Shown here: piece after piece, positions 51,928 through 64,000 of the stretch
How positions within the stretch are numbered: position 1 is the first letter of the stretch
Layout: each line of letters begins with the position of its first letter
Source: Lama guanicoe
Taxonomy: Eukaryota
Assembly: GCA_013239625.1 (NCBI GenBank)
Contig: MU053594.1
Span: 2,298,127-2,362,126, forward strand
Length of the DNA stretch: 64,000 nucleotides
Direction of reading: 5' to 3'
The notes under the pieces: model-generated
The model's database searches: none
Told to the model about the DNA's origin: nothing
What the model saw: only the letters and a program-made list of their open reading frames with translations
Translations under genes and position numbers: made by a program

Positions 51928-54900
51928 CCTGGCTCTTGCAAGAGCGGACCAAAAGAGCCCACTGGTCAGAGGACGGGAGACTGAGGAGGGCTGTCTCCCT
52001 CTCTGAACGGGGGTGTGGTGCCTTCAGACAAGCTGTTTTGTTTCACGCTGAGCTGAGCTCACCTGGGCGATGACCTTGTGACAAGAACACCGAGCTGAGT
52101 CCAGATCAGCAAAGAGAGGGCAGGAAGAGGAAGAGGAAGAGGACAGATGCAGCCATGCGGAGCAGTGACTGGCAGAACCTAGTCAGAAGTGCTGGTAACA
52201 TCATTTTTAATCTCTCACTCAAAGTATTGAGAAAACTTTGACCAGGGTATGTCCTGGTAGTTAATCTCTCAGTCTGTAATAAAAAAAAGCTGGTTTGGAC
52301 CCAGGGGCATAAGACAGAGGCATTAGAGTCACCAGATTGTCCAAAACAGAGGTCCGCCCCCAGGATGCGCTGGGGCCCTAGCCCCTCAGGGTTAAACTAA
52401 CATGGCAAACTGTGTGCACACCCACATCCTTGAGTTCACTGGGTACTGGGAGGTGCTGGGGGACCGGCTTCCTTGAAAATCTGCTTTAAGAAAGTTCACT
52501 TTGCACAATGATAACAGCAATTAAAACAATAAGGATGACTGTTATTTATTGAGCTGTCCATCTGCTCAGGCACTGTGCTGGGCCCTCGCGGCATCTCATT
52601 TACTCTTGTCAAGGTCATTACTGTTTCTACATCTCAGAAACTGAGGTTCAGGGAAGTCACATGACATTCTCAAGATCACAAAATACAAGGTGGAGCCAGA
52701 ATGCAAATCCAGGGACTCTAACCAGAAAGCCCGTGGGTCAGTGTGCCCTCCTAGTGGGCAGATACCTTCGGTAACTTCTAGGGGTCCCAGGTTTGTGCTG
52801 GGAGGAGGCGGGAATACTAAACTGAAACCGAGGTGTGCTCCGGATCTCCCTGCCGTCCCCAGTTGGTCCCTCCCATTGGTGTGACTGACAGCTTCTCAGA
52901 TCTGTTCTTTTCACCTGACCTCAGGAAGCCAGAATCCCCAGAGTTTGGGGTATGTCTGTATGGGGACACCAAGTGAAGGGTACACCTGACCTAGGAATAA
53001 ATGTAGTAATATAACCAAGAAGAGGTCCGGGAGAAAGGGAGACCCTGTTGTTTACATCCAGGAGCCAAGAAAGGACTAGATGAAGGCCCTATAAACTCAG
53101 TCCTTACAGCCCGGTCCCCCAGCCGGGCCAATACCATCAGTACCACCCCAGTTTTCCCTTCTCCACACCCTCTGAGCCCTTCTCCCTTAATAGCTAGATG
53201 TCCTAGGTTGCCTAAGTATAAAAAATCCTGAAACTTAACAACAAAGGAGCTGCCATATTCCACTGTGTTTCTCACTCTGGGCTTTTGGGTTTTGCTGTCC
53301 CCGCCTCCCCTTCCCAGGCCCCAGGATCGTCACATCCACCCCTTCCAGCTCTGCTACCGGATGACTTCCTTTTGGGAAGCCAGATTCTCTTTCTTTTTTT
53401 TTCTTTTTCTCAAATATTGTTTATTTGCTGTCTTACCCTTGTATTTTGATCACTCAATAGACAATTTTAACTTCTTTTTTTAATTATTTATTAACGTACA
53501 GTCAGTTTACAATGTTGTGTCAATTTCCTAATGTTTCAGTCAATCATATACATACGCGTATTCACTTTCATATCCTTTCTCATCGTAGGTTACTACAAGA
53601 TCTTTCTTGTTTAATGTGAACATGTCCTGGGAGGCTGCTGGGCTGCTGATTGGGAGGGGACACCCGCAGGTCATATGCGGCCATGAGTCATCCCCCCTCC
53701 TCATCCGGCTCTTCACATCCTGAGATACAGAAGAGAGCCCACTCTCCCTCTCTCCTCAGCTTGACCTCTGGGACCCAAGACCAGGAGGGCACGATTCTTT
53801 TGAAATGAAGGGGGAAATCCCTAACTCTTTTTCACCCTCTGTCCTTTCAAGCCCTCTGCGCAGTGCTCTCTTTTATACTCTCCCTCTGACTTCTCAGGAA
53901 ACATTAGCCCCAAAGGGACTGGTCTTACCAGCTGCCAGCTTATCAAACAAGGGGGTCTAAAGAGGAATGATGGAGAAGGAGAAGCCTTGGAGGAAGCAAG
54001 GTGATCACAATGAGGCTCCCCTCCTCTGGGGCTGGCAGAGCCTGCTGGCCATCAGCAAACCCGTCGCTGGGTTTCAGTGAGTAGGGCTGGTTCCACACTC
54101 TGCACTGGTGAGGCAGGCAGTTATCACCTCTGCTTCAAGTTGGGCTCCAGATAAATTAGTTTCTATGTTGGGCATCTTGCCACTGAAATCCCATTTGGGA
54201 GCCAGGTAGCAAGCAGGGTTTCTGTGCATAGCTGTTTATTCTTATTAGATGTTTCTCTCTCTCCAAGGACATGGACGTTTGTATTCTCCTTCTGGCTTTG
54301 CAGAGCAGTCTGTAGGCCTCTTCCCAGGCTCCCCCAAAGCCCCCACAGTTAGTTCTCTTTTAAGTACTCATCTCCCTCCTCCCCATAGAGCTGGGAAGGT
54401 GGTGGCATCTCCAGCAGCCTCGGGCTCCAGGCTCTCTCTGTGAGGTACCAGTTGGCAGCCTATGCAAATCAGTTTTGCCTGGAGATCTTCTGAGAAGAAA
54501 GGGAAGCTCAGAGACACTGGTCTTGCCCTGTGCTGTGGGAAGCTGCATTTTTCTTCACTGCTGCTTTCAAGCAGCCCCGGATCTCATTACAGGTATTTAC
54601 AGATACTGACATGGGGTGTGATTCTGAGGAGGTGCCTGAGAAATGGGAACTTGGCTTGCTCGTTGCCTTTGAAAGGGTCGGTGGGGGATGAACCACAAGC
54701 TGGTCCAGATCTTATCTCCTCAGGAAGGGGCAGGAAAATAACACAGCAAAACAGCTGGCGCACGAGAACACAACCTCGTGTCTTCACACCACACACCCAC
54801 GTGTGGTGAAGTCGCCGGTTCCCATGAAGATGAAAGTGAACGGTGAGGCCAGGCAGGGATTCCCTGAGCCCCGGATGGGGAGACTGAGCCGGGCGAGGAG

Positions 54901-55899
54901 GGGGCCGTCAGGCCAGCCCAGGGGGATGGATTTACTTAGCAATCAGGACCCATCGCCTCCATCCCACGGCTCGAGGGATCTGGGAGAAAATGTGCTCCAG
55001 AAGATGCACTCCAGAATCCAACACTTATGAAATGCACACTGGGTATCACCCCTGTGCTTTGGGGAGTCCGGTTCCATACAAGACAGTCCTGGCCCACAGG
55101 GAACTTAGTAAAAAGCTAGCAGGGAGACTGACCACAAATAAAGGAAAAGTTTAATAACGTACAACACATGCACACCGAGACATTGCACACAAGAGCGGCT
55201 GCAAGCGGTACATGACTAATTGGCAAATTAAAGACACGTTGACTCTCAGTTTGCTCCCACACTGACATTTCGCTGAACGAATGGAACAGAAGGAGGAGAC
55301 ATCGTGGCAGCGGGCTGAGCTGGGGGAGGAAAGGGGAGGGGCGCTCTGGGTGGGACAGGGGGTCCCGCCTAGTGCTGCCTCTTTGGGTCCCCTTTTCTGC
55401 TGTTGGAAGGCTTTGTCTTCTGAAGTGCACTCAGGGCCTGGTTTGCCACAATCTCAGAGGCCCTGGTTGTGTCCTCCGACATCAGTCATGTCTGCTCACA
55501 TCTGCCCTCTTTCTTTCCGTCCCTAACTGCAGGAGCCTTCCTCCACAGTCCACTGTCCTGTACCTTAATACCTGCTACAGCAGCTTCTCTGTTACTGTCT
55601 CATCCAGGCCACTCTTTCCTCAGACCCGTAGGATGAATTTCCATCAAATGATTGATAGAAATGCATTGAATTTGAAGCAAATTTGTTTGGGAACAAATCC
55701 CAGCTCTGCCACTCATTAGGTGTGCGGCTGTGATTGTGGGCCTCAATTTCCTCATCTGTAAAGTGGGTACAAAATTGATGTCTTTATTGAATTATTGTTT
55801 TGAGGGTCAAAAGGAATCGTGAACATGAAATGCCTGGTGTATGCCCGGAGTATCTTGCTGTGCAGAAATTCACCAAAGTCGCTATATTCACAAAAGTTA

Positions 55900-56060
55900 C
55901 GTTTCTCAAACCTGCATGTGTGTTCATCCCCGGAAGATCTTGTTAAAAATGCAGATTCTGATTCAGTAGAACTTGATGGAGCCTGAAATTTGACATTTCT
56001 GGCAAGTTCCCCACTGATGCAGAGGCTGTTGCTCCAAGGATCACACTTTGAAGACTCCAT
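55900..56060. mobile_element. MER5-type remnant
   Basis: tttctcaaacct...ttgttaaaaatgcagattctgattcagtag...cacactttga. Confidence 0.7.
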
Positions 56061-56519
56061 GCTCAGAACCCCGCGTTTCTGGTATTTCCTTGGGTGTCTG
56101 CCGCTTACACTGACTCTTGCCTTCTCTGTATTTGGAACTTCCTGCCTCATCCTTCTGGTTTCTATTTTGCCCCACCCCGTTACTGACTTTTTTGGCCTCT
56201 ACACTCTACACTTCTCTCTGTTTGACTCTGCTGTCTAGGGTGGCACTGCTCACACTGACTACCCTTTTTTAATGTTTCTGGCTCCATCTCCAAGGTTCTT
56301 TTACCATTTGCCAGAGGTCACCTTTGGCTAAAATTCATCTCATTTCTTTTTTCCCCTGGGCTGCTAGGAAGCTTATAGTTAAGTTGATGGTGAATTTTAG
56401 CACAGTTCTCTCCCCAAGTTTTCTGATAAAGTTAGCTTCTTCCCAAGTACCATGCTTCTCTTCTTTTATGACTTGGTTCTTAAATATTTCCTTTTTGCTT
56501 TATTGTATATGTTGTCATT

Positions 56520-56705
56520 TGCTAGCAGAGTGATCTTGGATAAGTCACTTAACCTCCTGGGGATTCAGTTTTCTCCCTTATGTAATGGGGGTGATAATGG
56601 TATCTACCTCAGAAATTTGTTGGGAGGATTACATGAGTTAATATCTGTGAAGTCCTTAAAAGAGTGCTTGGCACAGGATAAGGACCATGTGAATGTTATC
56701 AACTG
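56520..56705 (+). mobile_element. MIR SINE
   Basis: gtgatcttggataagtcacttaacctc...tgtaatggggg...gaggattacatgagttaata. Confidence 0.75.
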
Positions 56706-59700
56706 TTGTTATTTTATAAAATGACCCCAATCCTTTGAAAAGCAAGATGGGTATACTTGTCATCACCATCAACCTTGTTATCCTCATCATCAGCATCTTC
56801 AGAAAAATCACATTGACATTTAAGTGCTACACGAGGTACCATGAAATTACCATGTTATACTGGGGGAATTTGAGTTATAGGACAACTTTTCAGCTGGAAA
56901 GGAATAAATTTAGAACAAATTAAATAAAATGCAGTGGACAGTACATGTTTCTTATATTCTAAAATCAGGTCATTCCAAGATGGGTTGAAATGGAATGGAA
57001 TTTGTCCATCCCAGCTCTGTGCCTTTAAACCAGCACAGTCCACTGAAGTACCCTCCACACCACAAAGTGGACTTTGAGCATCGCAGCTATGACTGCAGCG
57101 AGTTTCCTGAACCTGCTCACTTCCCCTTTGCCCTTTCTCTAGGGTTCTAGTCCATTCCGGCTCCTAGCTCTTGGGCCTCGCCTCTCGTAGCTCGCCCGAC
57201 CCACTTCTCCAATCTCATGACTGGATTCAGCTGAAATGCTTTGGTCCTGTTGCTTTCTCTGGCCCAGGGCATTTCTGTCTGCTTCTGGAAATCGGCTTGT
57301 CAGATTCCACTTCGGCTCCCAGGGCTTTATTCGATGGCTTTCTGGCGTTCTCGCCATGGTTGCCCCAGACCCTCATTCATTCACTCAATGAATATTATTT
57401 GATGCCTCTTCTGCGCCAGTCACTGATATAAGTACCAGGTAATGTAGAAGTAAACAGACAAAGTTCTGGAGTTTTGGTTGGAGGGGAGACACAACATAAA
57501 TAAGTTCACGCATGCTATGCACTGTAGACCCTTGCTGCTCAAAGTGTCATCCGGGGCCGGCGGTACGCTAAGCTGGAAATGCTCACCAGAACATCCAGCA
57601 GACATACTGAAGAGGCAGTTGCTTTTGTGGTTCAGGTTAGTGGGGGACATTTACTGGACTCCGGTGATCATCTGTTTCAACCACCTCATTTCACAAATGA
57701 ACAAACTGAGTTTGTGTGAAGTGGACAGGCCTAGACCAAGGTCACGCAATTAATTGGTTGTAGAGCTTCATTTTGGCCTTTTCTACTCTTGATACACCAT
57801 CTTTTCCGACTTGGTGTCTAGGTCAGTGAATTATTAAGGCAAGTTGGTTTATTTAGGGGAATTCCCAAACCCTCGGGGGCTGTGGAAATTGTAGGAAATA
57901 GTTTCTGTCAAAGCTTCACCTTTGAATTAGAGGCTCATGGGTTGGCTCCCACGAGACAATTCTTGAATCTCTAATCACATCTGCCCTAAACAAGAAACAC
58001 TTAGCGATAAGGGACAGTGATGGTGCAAATTCTTTTCTAAGACACTGAAAGAGGGGTCTGTGCAAACTGAGATTAAGAAAGAGTTTCAAAGAGAGGCTCA
58101 CAGATTCATTTGCAAATAAGGAAATTGAGGCGTAGAGAATTTCAGTGACTAATTCAAGGTCCCACGGCAGGTTAGCAGCAAGCCTGAGCCCAGAGCTAAG
58201 TCTCCTGACTCACAGCACAAGATTTAAGACCCGGAGTTGAAAGAGTGTTCGTCTCTCATCATTTCCATTAGCCAAGCCACTTACCTACCGCCCCCACTGA
58301 CCCCTGTAGACCTCAGCTTCTTCATTTGTAAAATGGGGTTGATCAAATGAAATGATTCACATAAAACTGTTTTTATGAAACTGCTTTTTTCCAACCAGAA
58401 AATGCAGCATTTCTTATGCCAAAACCATCCAGAAGAGAGGAGGAAGTAATCATAATCCAAACCGAGTCCCCACTGGGAAGAGGATGGTGGCGTGGAATGC
58501 GGCATGCACCGCAATGACGTGTCTAGTCAACTCCTTTATCCTCTCCCTTCATCTCCCTGCGGCGTGATTTCCTTCTCTTTTCCACCACCTCCTTCATCCC
58601 TCTCAGAGAAAACATTGGCTGTCGAATGTGAAGTCCTTCAATCTCCCGTGACCACAGCTGACAAACGTCTGCATAAACCCTCAGCTCTACCTTCTCCCAT
58701 TTCTGAAATGGTCTTAGCCCGCCTCTTCCCTTGGCTAACTCCAATTCCCGCTTACTCTTTACAGTTCCACTCAGAGGTCACTGCACCCGCCCTTATCCAC
58801 CCTCCCTTGGCTGACTGGATACCCCTCTTCTGTTCTCCCAGAGCACCCCGTGTCTCCTCTATCAAGCACAAACCCCATTGTCTCACATATCTGTTTACTT
58901 GAAAACCTCCCTTACAAGAATGCAGGGACTCCTTCTGTCTCTATATGCACCTAGTGCTTGGCAATATACGTTTTCAACCAATGTTTTTCGGATAAATGAA
59001 TATGTGCGTGATGCTTACTTGGTTTGCCCTGCAGACGGCTCCACCAGCTTCTGTTTTATCATCTCTCGTGGGTGTGAATGTCCTGGTAAAGAAGAGTCTC
59101 CCGCTGTCCAGGCTCTCTGTGCACCTCCCAGCCCCGGGCAGGGGTGAATGGAAGCCGAGTTGCTCTCCTTGACTGCGCCCCACTGTGCATCCGTCCCTGT
59201 GTAACTGAAATCCTCCCATGCGTGGTGGGGGTGATGAGGTCAAGGATGGCTTCTGGAGGACGCAGGCCTGGCCTGGCCAATAATTAGAAGCTCCTGATTC
59301 TCCCAGCAGTGAGCCTACTCCTCCTCTTTCTTCTGCTGTGAGCCTTCCCTGAGATGCTGCAGCAGCCTCCGCCCTCAGAGAGTCTTTCCCCAGGGCCAGT
59401 GAGTCAGGCTCATGGGCCTCTGAGCAGGTCGTGGTGACTGGTATCAGCGGTTGGTGTCTATCAGGGTTTGGTATCAGTGATTGGTATCGCAGCGACCAAG
59501 AGACCAAAGGCTGTGGGGGATGCAGGAGAGAGATGAGAAGGGGTTGGGAGTGGCCTCTTGCCTCCTACACGCCATCAACCAAGTGTGGTCCAAGCTCCAG
59601 TGACTCGGCACAGTCATTTCCATTTGTCCCCGGGGACGCCCACCTGGTGTAGGACACGAGCTTGGAGGCTTCAGACAGTGGGGGGAGTGGCTGAGTGTTC

Positions 59701-60189
59701 CATGAGCCTGGCCTCAGTGTATGGGGGCCTTCGGTGTTCTCTCACTTTCCTTGACAGATCCCCTCTGCCCAGCTCTGTTCTCTCTCTGTAGAGGCCTCAG
59801 TGTCCCTTTCCACCCTAATTCTCCCCCACACTACCCTTTTCCTGCCTTCTGACCTGCAGCAGAAGTCGTGCGTCCTGCGGAGTAAGGCGGGGTGGTTAAG
59901 GACCGTCGTTTACAGGCACCCTGACCCAGGTGTGAATCCCAGCCCCACCACGGACTGCCGGGCAAGTGACTTGCCCTCTCTTAGGATTAGTTTTCTCGTC
60001 CAAAATGTAGCAAATATTATCCACGGGGGTTTCGTGAGGATCGAATTGGATAATGCTTACGGAGGGCTTAGCATATTTTGAGCTCTTAACAAACAGTGAC
60101 TATTATGTTGTTTTATAACTGTATCTATCTTGGATACACCTTGTCAGAAACAATCACTCCTTCCTTGGTGTTGGTATAGAACATTGTAA

Positions 60190-60470
60190 TAATAATACAC
60201 AATTATTTTAATAATAGTGTATATAATAATATGCTTCTTATAGGCTACAAGCTGTGTAGCATATATATAGTGTATTGTATAGTATATGTATGTTATATAT
60301 GTATACTATGCTATACCACGCCACATATTATACCCATGTATCAGTTATATATATGGTATAACTATATATAGTGTATGTACTATAAGTATATAGCATGTGC
60401 TTTGTAGTATGTACTATGTATATTATATTCTTAACAATATATTTAACACTATAATATAACAATAATAGTA
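60190..60470. repeat. Degenerate (TA)-rich low-complexity tract
   Basis: Visible directly in the sequence. Confidence 0.8.
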
Positions 60471-60479
60471 ACTACCAAT

Positions 60480-60690
60480 TTTTATTAAATGCTTACTATG
60501 TGCAGACATTGTTCTATGAGCTTTATATATATTAATTCACTGAATCTTCCCAAGATAGGCATAACCGTTACCCAGATTTTATAGATGGGAAACTGAGGCA
60601 TAGACAAGTCAATCAACTTGCCTGCGGATATGAAGTTAGTAAGAGAAACGCAGAATCTGCAATGAGGCAGGCTGGCTCCAGTATTACAGT
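60480..60690 (-). mobile_element. MIR SINE
   Basis: ttttatagatgggaaactgaggca...aacttgcc. Confidence 0.75.
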
Positions 60691-60728
60691 CTGCTGCCCG
60701 TGGGCTTTGCACCCAGCCCTGGGCTGTC

Positions 60729-60787
60729 TGTCTCATGGGTGTGTTGCCTGTATCTGATGTCTCATGGGTGTGTTGCCTGTATCTGAT
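60729..60787 (+). repeat. Perfect 29-bp tandem duplication (tgtctcatgggtgtgttgcctgtatctga x2)
   Basis: Identical adjacent units at 60729-60757 and 60758-60786. Confidence 0.95.
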
Positions 60788-61574
60788 TCGTCCTTGTAAC
60801 CTCCCCAGCGCCTTGCTCCAGGTTTGCGTTGGTCTTGGATGCCTGTACGAAGGAGATGCCATGGGCAAAAATAGCAGGTCTTTAGTAGCTAACTTCCCCG
60901 GGAGGGAGGATGCTGGCTTCCTGGTGACCAGGAGGCATATCCCAGGGCCCCGTTCCCAGAGCCCTCCTGCTTGTGTCTCACCCAACTAAGCAGGCTCTAT
61001 CTGAGCCTGGCAGCAGATGGCAGAATTTTCCTTCAGGGAAAAGCACTTAGAGTAAACCAGGCTTTCAATAACAGGCCAAAATGGCCACCAAGCTAATTGG
61101 AACAAGACAAAACAGAAGTTCGTTCTGCAGCTAGGGACTGTATTTGAGGAGTGAGCAGAGGTGAGAGATTGGGCACAAACATGGACTTAATTACGTGGTG
61201 GTCAGCCTACAAAGAGAGATGATTCTCAGGATTCCATCCAAGAGAAAAGTCCATGTGGGCCAGCAGGGCCCTGCCGAGCCGGCTGTCCCCGCCCCACTCC
61301 AGGCACAGCAGACCTGACCGTCATCTGAAGACCACTCTGCACCATCATCGAAAGTCAGGATGGTGTGGCCAGATGAGTACAGCAATGTTAGCAGGTCATT
61401 TAAGTCTTCTGATCTTAATTTTCCTCTTTCCTAAGATGAGGATGATAACAAAATGTGTCTCCTGAGTTTTTGGGAGAAAATGAAACGTCTTCATTGTGAA
61501 GAGTGGTAAAGATACTTTCTATCTGCAGAATGTTTTAATAATAATAATAATAAATATAAATAATAACAATAATA

Positions 61575-61795
61575 ACACCTAACCTATAGACAGCACTTGT
61601 GATGGGCCAGAAATTCTTCTAAGTATTAGTCTTAATATAGATTTAGTCTTGACAACAGTATTGTAAGTGGAATTATTATATCCATTTTACAGAAGAGAAA
61701 CAGAGGGATGGAGAGGTTAAATAAACTGTTCAAGATCGCACAGCTGATATTCAAATGCAGGCAATCTGGCTCCAAGTCTATGCCCTTTACTGCCT
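61575..61795 (-). mobile_element. MIR SINE
   Basis: tccattttacagaagagaaacagagg...gaggttaaataaactgttcaagatcgcacagct. Confidence 0.75.
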
Positions 61796-64000
61796 TGTAG
61801 TTAAGATGAATATAAGCATTTATAAGGTACATCTGTATCCATCATCTCAGGTAGTCCTCCCTGTTCCCCATACAGGGCAACTCCTTGGCACAGGGGAGCT
61901 TGGGCAATTCTTCACACTGAGCTGAATCTGCCTCTTGGAGAAATGTCTTGAGTCTGCTGCAGATCCCAAACCTTGGAAAAGCTTGCCTGATATCTGCAGA
62001 AAAATATCAAGGGTGTCATCTCTGTTCTTATAGGTAGGACAGATAATCTCTCCAAACGCTTTCTGGGTTCTCATTGTTCTGACCTCTCAGGGTCCATCAG
62101 AGTAGCTGCCCCTGGCTGGGTGGAGGTTCTTCAATAAATCGGACCATAGCTATTCATTCAACACCTACATCACGCCCAGCACAGAACAGGGACATGGGGA
62201 CTTGCTGTGTTAAAAAGAGCAGGACATGGTCTCCTTTCACAAAGAGTTAGTAGTCTAGTTGGAAAGATCAAACAGATGAAGCAATAGACTGATTAATAAC
62301 CGAGGTGAAAAGTATCATTTAGTAATAATGTGATAACATGAAATTGTTCAGTATTGATGACGAGACTTTGGGAGATGAAATGCGACGTTGTGACCCGTTC
62401 ATCTCCTGGTCTTTTTCTCAAAGGTCTAAGTTTTTGTAGGGACACTGTATGCAGCATGGGTGACATGGCCTCCTTCCCAGGGATGAAAAGAAAATCCATG
62501 TGGAAGAATATACTTCTCCCAGCAGCGCATGCCATGTTCACCAGGAAGCGACTCTGTCCTTTCCTGTGTATTTTTTCATCAGAATTGGTAGAGAAGTCAA
62601 TGTGAGGTCTGTTACCCCTGTATTAACTGTCATCAGCAGAGGGGACTTGAGGTCAAGGGGTTAAGTCAGAAGATGCCCTTCCCTTTCCTCCTTTCATGGT
62701 GTGCTCTTACCTCCCCAGGGCTTGAAGCAGCTTCCCAATCCTGGAAACTTAGCATGCTTCAGCTCGGGGACCATCTGAAATCTTTGGTGGGCTTCAACCC
62801 CTTCTCTCTTAGCTGGGTGACTTGGGGCAAGTTGCTTAATCTCTTTCCGCTTTAGTTTTTCTCATCTGTACAATGGGTATGTAAAAGTGAATGTGAGGAT
62901 GAAGTGAAATTAATACAGAGTACTTATTATGGTGAGTGGTACAGAGTACATTTTTTGAGAATGGCACTTTTCTGTTATTAGCTCCCCTACTGATGTGCTC
63001 ATGTCACTCACCACCAGCATCATCCCATCAGCAGCAGTATCACCATCATCACCTCCTCATCACTGTCATCATCTAACCAGAGCATCCCATCTCCCTTCTC
63101 TTAAGACCTTTTTAAATGCCTGGCTGGTTAATCTGATAAGTATCAACTTCTCCTTGTATGACAATGGCTTAATTTGTCACCCCACTCAGACAATATCATT
63201 AGTCAAGTTTCTAGAGATGATAGAGCAACTCGCTGAAAATTAACACTGATGATTTTAGTCCCTGTGGCGGGAAGGAAAGGAAGCTGGTTTTGGTTGCATG
63301 GACTTTTGGATGCTCCTCAAATCACCTCCCCTGCAGCTGTTAGGTCTGTCCCTGAGATAAAGTCTTTCACCAACTTCTCTCCGCTTCCCCATGAGTAACA
63401 ATAAAGATAATGTAGGTAAAGGAGACCATAACCCACTAAAGGTATTTCTCTTTTCTCTCTTAATTACAGTGTCATGGTGAAGAAAAGATGCTTCATTTCA
63501 ATTTTCGTCCTTAATAGTGGGAGTGCCTGGAGGAGAACAGCAGAAATGTTTGCGGTTGAGATTCTGAAACCAAAAAAGCATGGAGTTAATTACCTTCAGC
63601 TTCCTGGACAGATTTCTGTGTACACAATTGTGTTGCGTCTTTATCACCTGCGGCTATACTTTGAGAGTTCCTAAAGTAGAGAAATTACCTGTGCTGGGTC
63701 CGGAGTCAGGCCCTAGTTCAGAACTCACAGGAATACGGGCATAAATATTACTGGAGGACCCCACCAGAGAAGTCCTTCCCCGGAGAGATGTTTATTTGGT
63801 AATTCAGAAGGGTAAAGGGACTCATTCTGCAATTTTTCCTTGGGGGCTGTCAAAGTTCCACTCTGCAAAGTGTTGTTAAGTTCCGCTGAATTTCTTCACC
63901 AAGTTGACATGGATTGCAGTGTGGAAATGAGTGCAGAGACATTTCCGATGTGGTATTTCTTTTCTTGCCTTTGGATAAAAACACAGTCAGACCTTTGTGC

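Noticed and set aside
4454..52708. Octamer matches at 4454, 19243, 25610 and 52701
   Set aside because: Most lie inside MIR/L1 remnants or are isolated, and a few 8-mer hits are expected by chance in 64 kb.
59437..59490. Short imperfect TGGTATC repeats, considered as a repeat-spacer array
   Set aside because: There are only 3-4 degenerate units with no real spacers. This is a decayed minisatellite in a mammalian genome, not CRISPR-like.
22400..64000. Coding exons of BTG4 or POU2AF1
   Set aside because: I recognised no matching peptide in the window. Their proximity is only recalled synteny.

Overview
Mammalian genomic DNA, most likely camelid (inferred from tRNA-Ala-derived Vic-1-type SINEs and artiodactyl-type L1 3' ends), with one 680-nt assembly gap at 11862-12541. 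The left third (about 1.3-22.2 kb, minus strand) holds a large multi-exon gene that I reconstructed by hand: 29 GT-AG exons with matching phases and no internal stop, encoding at least 1692 codons. The predicted protein is single-pass. It has an N-terminal hydrophobic stretch, Cys-rich ephrin-receptor-like/GCC2-GCC3-type modules, a glycosylatable ectodomain, one TM helix, and a cytoplasmic region of about 1200 aa with coiled coils and about 15 [D/N/H]PxTG-like repeats. From memory it resembles the uncharacterised mouse Gm32742-like family, which I recall lying between BTG4 and POU2AF1; this is not verified. The remaining 42 kb has no supportable coding exons. It is old and lineage-specific repeats (L1, L2, MIR, MLT1, MER DNA elements, SINEs) plus candidate regulatory modules (divergent CTCF motifs, an EBF/octamer/X-box/CCAAT cluster, a GC-box/CTCF element, a double SMAD palindrome) and three short paired local duplications. 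Repeat family names and boundaries are by-eye approximations.
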